Shown one piece after another: positions 1 to 12,157 of a stretch of 64,000 bases of DNA. Positions within the stretch are counted from its first letter, which is position 1. Every line of letters begins with the position of its first letter. Both the position numbers and the translations under genes were made by a program. Source of the DNA: Camelus ferus (lineage: Eukaryota); assembly GCF_009834535.1 (NCBI RefSeq), contig NC_045697.1, forward strand, positions 3,784,001-3,848,000, given 5' to 3'. The notes beneath the pieces are model-generated. The model did no database searches, was not told the DNA's origin, and saw nothing but the letters and a program-made list of their open reading frames with translations.

Positions 1-467
1 CGCTTGGCCGCCTTCTCCTTCTCCTTCTTGTCCTTGCCCAGGAAGGCCGGCACCAGGTTGTAGTCGCGCGCGATGTTCTTGCGCCGCTGCCGCTCCTTGA
101 GCTTCCGCACGTACATGTCCACGTGCGCGCGCTTCAGCTCGATCTCCACGTCGTCGTCGTCGTAGTTGACCGAGAGCCCGCTGATGAGCGTCTCGGCGTC
201 CTGGTCATACTCGATCTCGTAGTCGTCCCGCAGCGGCATGTAGCCCAGCTGCTGCTGCTCGGCCACCGAGATGTCTAGGGGAGGCAAGGGGGTGGTGAGG
301 CTGGGAGAGAGGGGGCCTCCACTGGGGCAGGTGTGGTCTGTCACCCGATTGGGGATGGTGTCGGGGATGCAGGCTTTCCCCAGGTTTCCGTGGATGTACA
401 TGCTTACATAATGCTCCATCACTTCCTGGGGAGTCCGGGAAGCGCCGACGTGGGCAGCCATGTCTTC
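1..467 (-). CDS. TADA2B: Transcriptional adaptor 2B, coding exon 2 (partial, continues beyond window start)
   Basis: Acceptor ttgttgtag|GAA (AG at 469-468). Manual translation EDMAAHVGASRTPQEVMEHYVSMYIHGNLGKACIPDTIPNRVTDHTCPSGGPLSPSLTTPLPPLDISVAEQQQLGYMPLRDDYEIEYDQDAETLISGLSVNYDDDDVEIELKRAHVDMYVRKLKERQRRKNIARDYNLV... contains the Ada2-family GYMPLRDDY motif. Phase 0 matches exon 1. Confidence 0.97.
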
Positions 468-3400
468 CTACAACAACAAAGGTCAGAGGTCATTTCCAAA
501 GCCAGAGGGTCAGACTCACGGTTCGGGCAAAGCCCCTTAACGTTTCCGCAAAGGTTCACTGGACTACCTCCTACTGACAGCGTTATCCCCCCTCCCGAAG
601 GATGCTCCTGCAGGGGACTGGGCTGACCAAATGGATGTCAGCGCAGGAAAGAACCCTGACTGATTCCCTGCGTGAGAAAGTGCAGATCAGAGAGGCGCAC
701 CCGTGTCCAGGCTCATGTGGGAGCTGGTGGCCCAGGAATCAGAACCCACATCAGAGATGCTGGCTCTGTTCCCCTGGTTCCCCAAGAGGAGGAGCAGGGC
801 CAGCCAGCACTGGCCGTTTTGCCCGCAACAAACCCAGCTCTCTGGCGTCTGGGAGGTTAACAGGACATGGTGGGGGCGGGTGGCAGCCAGACCCTAAGGT
901 GCCCACTGCGTCCCAGTCCCACCTCTGTGTCTAGACCAGAGAACAGCCCCGGCCCAGGTCCCCTGCACAGGAGGTCCCACTCCCAGCCTCCCAAACAGAA
1001 GGGCTGAGGCCCAGTGTGTCCCTTTCCTAGGTGGCAGTCAGATGACCAGGAAAGAACCTCTTAAAGTGGGTGGAGGACCGCAACCAATGACACCCTCAAT
1101 GGGCCCCAGCGAGCATGCGTTCCTACCAGACAGTAACCCATGAGCACAGGGTTATTAATGGGAGGAAATTGTACAACCCCCTCAATCTTTTCCTTCTGCC
1201 AAGAGGCCTCTTCCTTAAAGTCAACCGCTAAAGCCACTTCAGAAAGTAACTGCCCGAAGTGCGCACTCATTCAGCCAGCAGCCACTTCTCACCCGCTGCA
1301 TGCACCCCTCACCTGGTCCTCTCAGCTCCAGCAGCCGCCAAGGCACAGAGGCCGCCTTCCGCCCCAGAAATGCTCATCCCTCGAGACTGGAATGGTCTCT
1401 GCACCCCCAAAAGCCAAACTGGAGTCAAAGAAACCAGCCCACCCGGGCTGACCCTGCTGACAAACTGGGCACCGGGGGGAGGGAGGTCCTCGTGGCACAG
1501 TGACTGGCCAGCTCGGCTCCTGGCCGGGATGGAGCCGCACGGAGGGCGGGGCTTAAAGCCATCAGAACAAAGAAGGCAAGACCCGCACCTAACCTGCGAG
1601 GCCTCCTTCTGAGCACCGCAAAGAGAAGTGGGAAGATCAGGACTAAAACTGGACGCTGTCTCATGGGGATGGGCTGGCCACATGGTTTCTTATTTAAAAA
1701 TCACTATTAGCATCAATTCTCTAACACTTTCCCAGAAGACATTTGGTCCAAAAACGAACAAACAAACAAACAAATCCCAAAAGCAAATCACAACCATTCC
1801 CAGCAGCTACTGTCACTGTGACCAGTCTGGCCACTCCTGCCTCGGAGCCTCGAGTTTTCACCAGTAAAGGAGCCAAGGGCAGCCTGCCCACCCTGCCTTT
1901 CCAGCCGCTCACCAGAAGCACCCCCCCCACAGGCAGAGAGGTGCTGGAGGACCTTAATGCTTTTCTGCCCACCCCACCTTGGGGCCGGAAGCCCCCATAA
2001 CATGCAGAGAATCTGCATCGTTGACACATGCCCTTTCGGGAGGAAAGGACATGCTCACCAGGGTGTCGGAGAATGGGGAAGCCGCCAGAGGCCTGGAGCC
2101 CGGCCTGGGGGCTTCTCACCCCTCACCGCCACCCAAGGCCACAGCGGCTGGGTGGTGCAGACCTTGGCCCCGTCTAGCAGACCTGCCGCGAGAGGTCCGC
2201 CCTCCCAACAAGTCTGCTGTCCACCCCGAACCTCAGCCTTCCAGAAATCATCAGGTGCGCAGAACACCACATTTGGGGTAAAATGTAAATCCTGAAAGAA
2301 CAGAAGGATTCTAAGCAGTAAAGCTGCATCTGACCAAACGAAGACTTTGTACTGAGTTGTCTGAAGTCCTTCCCACATCACCAGAGCACGGTGGCCAAAC
2401 CCAAATTAAAGCCACTCTGCAAACGTGTCTGGTCAGAGACAAAGAAGTGTGTGGACCGGAGGAGAGGTGGCAGCTACATCAATGGGCCCAGATGGGACCC
2501 TGCCCCCGCTGCCTGTGAGCCAACGGTCCTGTACCCCCGTCAACTTCCTGCTTTCTCTAAGCACCGAGCTGATGCAAGAGGCTCACATTTCTGGAAGGAT
2601 ATGGGGAAGGTATGTGGGAACTTTGTGTACTGTTTTTTCACTTTTTTGAGTAAATCTAAGTTGTTTTTTTTTAAGTAAAGTTAAATCCTACCTCAGAATT
2701 CTCTGTTTAAACAGGTCTAAGGTTTTCATCCAGAATATTTAAAGGGACAAAAAAATTAAAAAAGAGTGCTCAAAAGAGAAGATGCTCCTGTTCCATGAGG
2801 CGCTCCCGACAGTGCACAGGTGGGTGTCAGTCCATGTCCACGTGCAGGTGATGTCACCCCTCCTGCCCCCACAAGTTCCATGTCTTGCTCCGCAAACATC
2901 CACAATCCCAGGGCTACAGCCCAGAACAGGAGGCAGTCTCCCCATCCAGGCACACAACCGGGGACCTCAGGCAGACAGCTGTGGACCTGTGCTGCCTCCT
3001 CAGTCACCCAGCTCCTCTTCAGGTAGCAAATGCAGACGCTGGCTCCATATGGGCCCAGGCCACCAGTGTTTATGAAGCCACAAAGCAGAGGGACCAGTGC
3101 CCTGTGACCAGGAGCCCAGGAGCCCCCTCAGCATCAGCCTTGGCCACTGTGAGGGGAGACGCTGCCGCCGGCGACTGTGGAAACAGCCTCGCCCCCCAGG
3201 GCCCACCATGTTAGCTTAGTGACCAGTGAGAAAGGCCCGGGAAAGCATACAAGACCCTAATTTCCAAGTACTCTGAGACAGCGAGGGTCATAATGGGACA
3301 GTGGAAATGGGGGCAGTGACACAGCTCTGATTCTAACAAGAGTCCACAGAGGACAGACAGGTTCGGTGATGCGAAACCACAGTAATAAACATATTGTAAA

Positions 3401-4321
3401 AGACAAGGGTTAAAAATAGCAACAGCTACAGCACATCCGCCCCTGCCCAGTGCCCTGCTCGTCACATCCTGAACTTCTCGTCTTCATGTATATGGTCACA
3501 CAAGACCCGCCCACCTCCTGCAACTAAGGAAGTATCCTGTCACCACCTTGCAGCATCACAGTGACAGCAGGTGAGTGACAGAGAGAGTGGGTCTTTCCTT
3601 CACATGTTCAAGGTCAAAGTATTTGCTTACTCTGGGTGGACAGAAGGATGGATGGATGGACAGGCAGCTAGGCAGGGAGAAGCAACAGAAATGAGTTCGG
3701 GGGAATGAGATTTGGAGAGAAAGGTCAAGTGCAAATAAGTCAAACTACACAAGGACCAGGACTGCACACTGAAGTTGGTTCCTTCCCCACTGCCGCATAG
3801 TAACATACAGGCGAGTGGCCCCAGGCCTGCGAGGTTTGCTCTTATATGCTACCTCAGAAAAGAGAGAGAGGCTCCCATCTTTGGAAAAAGGTAAGGAGAG
3901 ATAAGTATGCCGCTTCCTTAAGCCCTTTGAAAAATAAAGGAAAAGATGCCTCTAAGACACTGAACTGGGCCCTGAGGTCTACTTTCCAAGGTCGCTAGAC
4001 TCAGGCCAGGACACAGCCTCTCCAGGAAAGGAGAGCGGGCAGCAGCTCCACCGGGCTCTCCAGCCGGTCGGCTCTCCTTCCGGCCTTTTCAGGGCGCTTG
4101 TGCTGGCCTCCAGCACCTGAGCAGGGAAAGGAGGGAACAGTCCCGGGAAACCATCAGCACTGCGGGCTGGCCAGGTCCACCAGTAAGGCCGCCTCAGGGT
4201 TCCTCTCCTCCAGGCCCGAGGCTGCCTGTGCCCCGTCTGGAGGTCCACACAAGGGTTGCTGTGCCGGCCCATCCTCCAGACAAAAAGCAGACTGTTCTCC
4301 ACGTGCACAGGCTTGGCCGGG

Positions 4322-4520
4322 CTTCAGGGTTCCAATCCTGGCTCCACCCCTTAACTGCTGAGTAACTTGGACAAATCACTTAACTTCTCTGTGCCTCAAT
4401 CTCTTTGTCTGAATTACGGAGGTAATACTACCACCTACTCCACAGGACGACGGGGGATTAAACGAGGGGATACGCACCCCATGCTAAGCCCCTGGCTGGG
4501 AGCAGTTTGCGCTCCATCAG
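4322..4520 (+). mobile_element. MIR SINE
   Basis: ggttccaatcctggctccacc..ttaactgctgagtaacttggacaaatcacttaacttctctgtgcctca resembles the MIR core. Confidence 0.75.
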
Positions 4521-4744
4521 TGTTGCCTGTCACCACAACCACGGAGCCATCAGCTCCACTTCCACAACTCAGGTTTACCCTGAAGACCCAGATCATCTCC
4601 TCCAGGAAGGCTTTGAGGAAACCTAGAGCCAGGCTCAGGTTCTGACTCAATTACTACTAGCCGGGAAACCCTTATCCTCTCAAATTCTGCTTCTTGATCT
4701 GTAATTAGTCTTCTTACAGGGTTTTGCCAGGATAAAACAAAATT

Positions 4745-4930
4745 CATAATAATAACAGTTACCGGGTAAGGACTTTTACACAGATCACCTCATTTCATCC
4801 TCCCAGCAATTCCCACGAGGTAGCATGATTACCCACATTTTATAGGTTAGGAGAATAACCTTAGGTGACACTACCCCCAAGGAAGGGCCCAGGTCACCAC
4901 GCGGCCTGTACCCTGGGGAACTGACGCAGT
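4745..4930 (-). mobile_element. MIR SINE
   Basis: ctcatttcatcctcccagcaattcccacgaggtagcatgattacccacattttatag resembles the reverse MIR core. Confidence 0.65.
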
Positions 4931-5399
4931 GCACACCAAAAGGGGGGTCCCTGCAATCGCGCTTTGTTAGACTTTCAAAAGGCAGAGCAAGGCCAGACCT
5001 TGGGGCTCCCACTCTCCTTTCCAGACCAACCACATTACAGCAGCGCTGCCACCTCTCGCTCTGTGATCTCTGGGACGCGTGCGGGGGCACAGAGAGACCT
5101 ACTTCTTCCCTGTGCAGAGGATTCTGTCCAGTTCTTGTGAACAAACCAGTGCTTTTACCAGAGTGACCGTCTCCAGGTCACAGAGCACCCTCTCTGTGCA
5201 GGTCGGCAGCTTTGCTCCGGAGCAGTCTGAACGCAGCCTCTCTCAACGGCAGCGTCTGCTCGTGAAGCGGAGGCAAAGGCCTGGAGGCCCGCTTGGCCCG
5301 AGGCTTTTCAGCCAGGCTTGGGGGCGGGCAGTGTGCGGTATCTCCCTAGGGAGACGGGGTTCCAGCCTCCTTTTTCTTTAAGAGGAGAAGCGTCCGTGG

Positions 5400-6110
5400 G
5401 CCAAAAGCAACCAGAAGGCTCACCACATGAACCTGCGGCCCCCGAGGGGTGGGGCAGAGACCCCAGGGGCGGCCAGGACGCAGCCAGGCCCGAGGGCAGC
5501 AGAGGGAGCGGAGTCCAGGCCCCGGGGGAGGGGGTTCAGGCTGCAAGGACAGTCTCTGGCTGAGAGGCCGGAGGACTCCGACCCCTGGCAGGCGCTCTGC
5601 TGCCTGGACACTCGGGGCCTGGCCTGTCCCTCACGAGTCCGTGACACATGCCGGCCGTCCCTGTGAGGAGGGATGTGAGCAGGACACTGGGCATCAGCCT
5701 TCGTTAGTCGCTCCTTCCACTTGTCCCCCTTCCCGGTGGCCTCAACCTGGGCTTCGCGGGCGGACACGGACACGACCTCGCGTGCGCCCGCGCCCGCTCC
5801 CGGGCTGCGGGCGGGGGGACACGGGAGGGGTGGGGCCGAGGCCGGCGCAGGCGCGGACGGTCCCCGCGCTGGCACCCAGCTCGCCCACCGGGGGTGCCCT
5901 GGACGCGGCCATTTCCATCTCCAGCCTCGTACCCGCTTCTTTTCCAGTGAAGAGAACAGCCCACCTGCTTCTCAGGGGCTGGGAGGATGCCTTGGGCGCG
6001 CGCCCTGCGTCCTCGGCCTCCAGACCCTCCCCTGCCTTCCTGCCGCCTCCACTCAGCAGCCGGACCCTCCTGGAGGCTACGCTGTGTCAGGGCCACGTCC
6101 GGCCTCAGAT
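5400..6110. promoter_or_regulatory. Intronic CpG island-like element in TADA2B intron 1
   Basis: CpG-dense core at 5740-6020 with NRF1-like GCGCAGGCGC (5845-5854), YY1-like GCGGCCATTT (5905-5914) and G-runs. Confidence 0.6.
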
Positions 6111-6371
6111 GCCAGTGACTGACACTGGTCTGTCCTTCCCAGTTATCAGCCAGCCATCCCAGGGGCTCTGTTCCCCTTGGCCACCAATCCTGTTTGCTAG
6201 GCTTTTTAGATGGAAAGTTCTGTAGCCTCATCTCAGCTCCAGGTTCCCTGTCCTCCTCTCTAAACTCACCCAGAGATCACCGGCTCATACAGGTGACTGC
6301 CCCGCAAGGTGAACAAAGCCCTTCAGGTCAGATCAGGCTACCTGCGAAAGAGCTTTAGAAAGCCGCACGTC

Positions 6372-6956
6372 CCACTGTGAAAACAGTATGGCAGGTCCTT
6401 AAAAAACACACATACACATGATCCAGCAATTCCACTTCCTGCTATTTACCCCAAATAATAAGGACTCCAACAGAGTTGTGTACACCTACGTTCACTGCAG
6501 CAGCATTCCCAGCAGCCAAAAGTAGAAGCAACCCAAGTACCCATCAGTGGATGATGGGTAAACAAAATACAGCCTATCCACACAATGGAATATTACTCAG
6601 CCTTAAAAAGGAAGGAAATTGACACCTGCTGTAACACTGCTAAACCTGGGGAACCTTATCCTAAGTGAAACAAGCCAGTCACAAAGGCAAAAACATAAAA
6701 TTCCACTTAACGTGAGGTCCCTAGAACAGGCAAACTCAGAGAGACAGAAAAGTGGAAGGGTAGCTACCAGGGGCATGGGAGCTAGAAATGAAAGTCAGTG
6801 TTTCATGGGGACACTAAAGGAATGAAAAAGTTCTGGAGATGGCTGGTGGTGATGGCTGCATAGCAGCGGGAATGCACTTAATGCCACTGTATACTTAAAG
6901 ATGGTTAAAAATTGTGAATTTTACATTATGTGTTATCTATTTTACCACAATAAAAA
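6372..6956 (+). mobile_element. L1MB-type LINE-1 3' end
   Basis: atgatccagcaattccactt, cacaatggaatattactcagccttaaaaaggaaggaaat, aaagttctggagatgg..., ending ttttaccacaataaaaa. Confidence 0.88.
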
Positions 6957-7011
6957 TACATAATTTTTCAAACTAAGGAAAGGTTTTAGACTGGCACGTC
7001 TTACTCTCCAC

Positions 7012-7187
7012 CAGTGCTTCTCAAAGGGCTCTGGGCCAGCAGCATCAGCACCACCAGTGAAGTTGTTAGATATGCAAATTATCACGCCAAGCCCCAGATC
7101 TGACTTCAGAAACAGGCGGGACAAGGACTGGCGATTTAACAAGCCCCCCAGGGTGTTCTGAATCTCGCTGAAGTTTGAGAACCACTG
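7012..7187 (+). mobile_element. MER5A hAT-Charlie MITE
   Basis: TIRs cagtgcttctcaaa ... tttgagaaccactg; internal cagcagcatcagcacc, tatgcaaatt; degenerate 8-bp TSD ctctccac/ctctgcat. Confidence 0.88.
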
Positions 7188-8849
7188 CTCTGCATAACCC
7201 TATTAATTCTAGCTGGTTCTCTCTGTCTCGGCTCTTCCCTCCTTACCCCCTCCATCCTTAATGACAGTTAAGAACCCCACTGTCAGGATGCTCATGGGAT
7301 GAACTTACCTGTTCCCATGACACTCAGAGGGAACTACACCTTGTTAAGAAGGTGACTGTTCCCAGGCTTCCCAAACGAGGCTCTGTGGCCCCCGTGCAGC
7401 AGAATGACACGGCAGGAGTCTCTGTAAACACCCATTTCCCGATTTAACCCAGGAGATACCCTGCATCTAGCACAGGCGCTAAGGTAAAGGGGCCCCAAGT
7501 AAGTACCTGACGAATGCGCAAACGCGCAACAGTGCACATCTACACGTCCCGCATCAGGATGTCAACTGTCATCGACGAAAGTAAAACTCCTTGTTCATGA
7601 CATTCCACCCACCTCCAATAATTAGCCTGAATGTACATTCACCAGCACAAGGCCCTGCACAGTCTGCAGAGAGCCTCACATCCTTTTATAATTTGAATTC
7701 AAAGCCAACTTGACCCCTGCCTCCCCCTAAAGCCCTCCTGACCAGAATCTGCAGGAACCCGGGCCTTCCTCACACCGTCCGATTCTCCAGCAACCAATTA
7801 ACGAACCTGTGGCTCGGCCACCACAGTCTCAAGTTGTCATAAAATATTCTACCTTTGTGCTTACGTCCGTGTCCCAGCAGGAGACTTATCTTCTAAGTCT
7901 GCATCTGCACAGCACTCACCACAAAACCAGCTGCCCTGGGGGGTCTCAATACCCTACTGCCAAACCTTCCCTGGTCTTGTATTCACAGGTGTCGCCCCAC
8001 CTGTCCTCTCCTCTGCTAGTCCCCAGACCCTCCTGGCCTCAAGGTTAGCATCCCTCAGCCACACCCACGCCAGCTTGGGAGCCTTGGCCCTGGAACAAAG
8101 TGTGAGCCAATGGCCCAGACTTCACCACAGCCTGTCCCCATTAATTCCATGTGACCCCAAAGTCACATGTACCATCCGACAAATTAGAATTGTCTCACCT
8201 TCCTCTATATCACTGTCCCCAACATCACTACCCTCCATTCACCCACTGCCTTTCTCCATCCTTCATAGCCAGCCTGTGACACCTGGTTCCTGCACCCACC
8301 TAGTCACCTTCCTTCCTGCCCCACTCACTCACCTCCTGCTGAGCTAGGTCAAGACCTTGCTCTGCCAGCCCCCGTCCAGTCACACTTGCAGTTGCACCAC
8401 TGAGCTCCCAGCCTCCGACCCACAGGGGTTAATGCTCTTACACCAAGAGGTGAAGGCTTGGACTCTGGAATCAGGCCCATTTGTAAACCCTGGCTTTGCC
8501 ACATTGAAACGCTGGGGCATCCTGGATGCGTATTTTAAATTCTTGGAGTTGTTGCCCATTAGGACTGCTGTGAAGAGCATATGGGATACTGAGGGAAAGA
8601 GCCTTGCCCACAACCGGCCCTTGCCCTGCGGGAAACATCATTCACGTGCACTTATCTGGGAACCCGCTCAGAAGGGAATACACACCTCAGGGCTGCAGAG
8701 GAGCCTCTGATGAAGCACAAGGAAGTCTAGAGCAAAGCAGCCCCAGAGAGCACAGCCAGAGAGCCCGGAGCCCGCGCCCCGGGCTGGGTTAGCACAGGGA
8801 GCCTGGGGATCCCCCCGAACCCACCACTGGTTCAGAAGGGAGAAGCCCG

Positions 8850-8922
8850 GGCAGTGAGTCAGAATCTGCATTTTCACAAGCTCCCCAGGTGATATGTGTG
8901 CACATTAAAGTGAAAAGCACTG
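8850..8922 (+). mobile_element. MER5-family fragment
   Basis: gaatctgcattttcacaagctccccaggtgat...aaagtgaaaagcactg matches the MER5 terminus. Confidence 0.65.
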
Positions 8923-10148
8923 CTTTGGAGATGCCCCACAGCCCCTGCCAGCCCTAAGCTTCCTCCAGTACACTACGTTGTAGTCCCGGGGCCTGTTTTT
9001 CATGTATTTCCACAGGGCTGCAGGGAAGGCAGTGTAGATAGTGCAGCCACGAACAGACTGAAGTCAAACTACTCAGTTCAAAGCCTGCTGCACAGGGCTG
9101 CTGGGGAGATTCCACAAGAAATGCCGGAGAGCCCAGAACGTGGCCTGGCGCTCAGCAAGGCTCTTGGTCCCCGTGAGCCATTTTTAGCTGCTGCTGCAGA
9201 AATAAGAGCCGCGAGAATGAGGTGGGAAAGGAAAGTCTCTCGGAGGCACTGATATGTAAGCAGAAAGACCAGTCACCAGCCATGACTGAGGGGAAGAGCT
9301 AAGAAATACAAACGATCAAGGTGGAGGCAGCTGCGATCCCAGGGGTCGGGGAACGCTGTGCGGGCCTACAGGCCCTCAAGTTTCATCTAAATAGAACGGG
9401 CAGCCGCTGAAGGCTGGTGTGATGTGGCGTGTCCTCCAATACCACTCTCGTTACATTGCCTGCAGTGGCTGCAGGACCCCGGAGAGGAGCGGAGAGACCA
9501 CTAAGGAGGCCCCAGCGGCGGTTGGGCAAGAGAGAAGCATCGGCTTAGGCCAAGGCTGAGAGAAGTGGTCAGACTCTGGAACTACTCTGAAGACAGGGCC
9601 GCTGGTGAACTGGACCTGTCAGGACATGAGGACGGCTCGTTTGTAGCCTGCATAACTGAGCTGAGTGCTGTGGGATCTGGGTCAAGGAAAGTCGAGACAT
9701 CCAGGAGACAAGCACAAGGATGTCAGGGATGGGTCCATGACCGCAGGCTGGCGCTCAGGGAAGAACTCCAGGCTCAGTAGCAAACACTCACAACACTGTA
9801 AGACCTTGAAGACAAAGGTAAAGTCGTTCTCCCCTCTGAGACCTTCACCACCGTATCATATGCGTAGAGCAGATGCTCGATACACATCAGTCAACAGCAC
9901 TTCAGGACAAAGTGAGATGGAGGTGTTTGGCGGGTGGTGATCGTGATGATGGGGCTTAGGTGAGAATTTGTAGAGCAGTGTCTCTAAGGAGTTGGGAAGA
10001 GAGTCAAGATTCCAGGGCTGCGGAACGAGTACTGGTTCCTGAAGACTGGCTCACTTTATGGAAGAAAAGCAAACAGGCAGGGCAGGTTTGGGAATGTGAG
10101 GAGAAATGTGGACTGTCTTCCACCAGTAAGCTCAGGAGGAGGGGCGTA

Positions 10149-10298
10149 GAGTCGGCCCTGTGTATCCCCGGGTTCTGCATCCACAGATTCAACCAAACCC
10201 CGGCTACGTCACTTATCTAGAGGACTTGAGTACTGGTGGATCCCAGTGGCCGCTGGGGGTTCTGTAACCAATCATCCGTGGATACTGAGGGATGACTG
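10149..10298 (-). mobile_element. MER2-like TcMar-Tigger element, internally deleted
   Basis: TIRs gtcggccctgtgtatcc ... ggatactgagggatgactg; internal ggttctgcatccacagattcaacc and ggacttgag. Confidence 0.82.
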
Positions 10299-11242
10299 GT
10301 ACTCCTGGGAAGTGGCAGCAAGATGAAATGCTGGTTCAGGGAGGTTAGGACCATCACGTGGGACGGTCTGGAAAGATTACGGAGCTGGGGTCACGTCTCT
10401 CCTCCCTACCCCTCACAATGCCTTGGAAGTGGCCATGTATCCTTGACAATTATGGACCAGAATATAGCCAGACTTTCCCTTTCTAGTATGGATGAAAGCT
10501 TCCTCTTCCTGGAATGAGAGCTCCTCAGAGACCCTGCAGAGGATAGCCAGCACGTCCCTCTCTCAAGGAACCTACTGCACATGACTCCAGTCCAGCCCTC
10601 CGCTTTTCCTCTGGGATAAACGTCTTGATAGAAGCTCCCTGACATGAAGAAAGCAAAACCCAGGACAGGTGCCTTAGTCCCCGCTACTGTGTCAGTACCC
10701 AGTGAGCACTCCTGACCCATTGTCCTGGGGGCTTCGGGGATCCAAGGATAAACAAGTTCCTGGCAGGGGGCACAGGACACAAAGTGAGCAGGGCCATGAG
10801 TGAGCACATGTGAGGCGGTGGGAGAGGCCGCAGAGCCCGTGTGAAGCTCATCTGGCCTTCGCCACCACTGCTCTGCAGGCAAAACCAGCTCTCTCCTCCG
10901 TGCGCCTACTGCTGTCAAGCCTGCACACCTGCCTGTGTCTCCCAACTCCTACTCCGCCAGGCGAGGCGCCGGGTCTCGCCCAAAGTGTGCACTTGACAGA
11001 CACCTAGGGAAGAATTCCCAAAGGCTAGGGAATCGGCCCTGGTGCCAGCCACCCACAGTCCGAATCCCCCCTTTACTACTTCCTGCTGTGTGACCTTGGG
11101 AGTGTGGCTTAGCCTCTCTGGGCCAGGTTGGGTCGTGCAACCCTGGGGCGCGCGAACTGGCCCGGCCTCCCGGGCCCTGCGCGGCGGCGCCGAACCCGCA
11201 GGTGCGCCGGCCTCTCGCGGGCGCGCACGGCCCGCCGCTCAC

Positions 11243-11512
11243 CCAGTTTCCGAAGCCGAACTGCTCGATGGCATCCAGCAGCAGCTGCTCCTCGCGGCTG
11301 GTCCAGCCGCCCTCGGCCTCGGGCCCCCACAGCGTGAAGCGCCCGCCGTCCACCAGCTGGTAGCCGTGGTAGCGGCGGTGGTGGCCGATCTCGGCGCCGG
11401 CCGAGAAGCACTCGGGGCACAGCTCGATGTCCTGGCACTCGGTGCAACGGAAGCGCAGCGGGCTCACCTCGGCCAGGCAGTACACGCAGTACTTCTTACC
11501 GAGCTCCGCCAT
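11243..11512 (-). CDS. TADA2B: Transcriptional adaptor 2B, coding exon 1 (ZZ zinc finger and start of SANT domain)
   Basis: ATG at 11512 (AAGATGG). 270 nt encoding MAELGKKYCVYCLAEVSPLRFRCTECQDIELCPECFSAGAEIGHHRRYHGY...WTSREEQLLLDAIEQFGFGNW, followed by donor GTGAGC at 11242. Confidence 0.97.
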
Positions 11513-11535
11513 CTTCCCCCGCCCGCCGCCCGCGC

Positions 11536-11565
<30 letters not shown>
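11536..11565 (+). repeat. (CCG)10 trinucleotide repeat, read as CGG in the TADA2B 5'UTR
   Basis: Counted directly. Confidence 0.95.
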
Positions 11566-11566
<1 letters not shown>

Positions 11567-11731
11567 GCCTGCAGCCGTCAGAGCGCCGCCACCCGGGCCC
11601 GCCGCCGCGCTCGAGCAACCGCCGCCCGCCGCCGCGGCCGCCGCCACCGCGCCGCCCCGCCCAGGCGCCGCCGGAGCCGGCCAGCCGGGCCGCGTCCCGC
11701 CTCAGCACGCAGGCGCGCTCGGGCTGGCCCG

Positions 11732-11758
11732 GCCGCCGCCGCCGCCGCCGCCGCCGCC
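11732..11758 (+). repeat. (GCC)9 trinucleotide repeat upstream of TADA2B
   Basis: Counted directly. Confidence 0.95.
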
Positions 11759-12094
11759 GTCGCCCCGCCGCACCGCGCAGGCGCCCCGCGCGCGCCACCT
11801 CGCGGGGACCTTGCCCGCTGCTCTGCGCCTGCGCGCCCCTCGCGCCGGCTGCCCGTGGCTCTCAGCGCCACCCCGACGTCCCGCCCCAGGCTGGGCGCGG
11901 GGAAAAGGGCGAAAAGAAGCGCGGCGGATGCGCCACGCCCCTCGCTGAGCGAGCCTACGTCCTCCCCCAATCAACGCCACCCCTCGTCCTCCCGCGGCCT
12001 CCTATTGGTCTGCTCTTGCCGGGAGGCGGGGAGAAGGGGGCAGGGTGTCGCGCTGACGTCCAGCCAATCGCCGGGCCCACCGTGCGCGCCCCTG

Positions 12095-12109
12095 GTTGCC
12101 CCTGGAAAC
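12095..12109 (+). promoter_or_regulatory. RFX X-box
   Basis: GTTGCC-CCT-GGAAAC resembles the X-box consensus GTNRCC-N0-3-RGYAAC (one mismatch), 48 bp upstream of the ATG of a ciliary gene. Confidence 0.7.
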
Positions 12110-12157
12110 CTAACAATCCGCAGCCGTGATCCGCAGCGTTGGCCCTGCGGGAGGGAG

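Noticed and set aside
3410..3419. MEF2-like TTAAAAATAG in the TADA2B intron
   Set aside because: Single AT-rich motif with no supporting context; expected by chance.
5449..6225. 258-aa plus-strand ORF
   Set aside because: Non-ATG start, CpG-island composition, no recognisable domain.
10949..11242. ORF continuation past TADA2B exon 1
   Set aside because: Intron read-through beyond a consensus GTGAGC donor; Ada2 homology resumes only at 467.
11042..12157. 372-codon in-frame upstream extension of CCDC96 (935-aa ORF) running antisense through TADA2B exon 1
   Set aside because: No ATG; begins in a MIR-like fragment; crosses the promoter motifs; low-complexity Arg/Ala/Pro translation is what a CpG island and antisense coding sequence produce.
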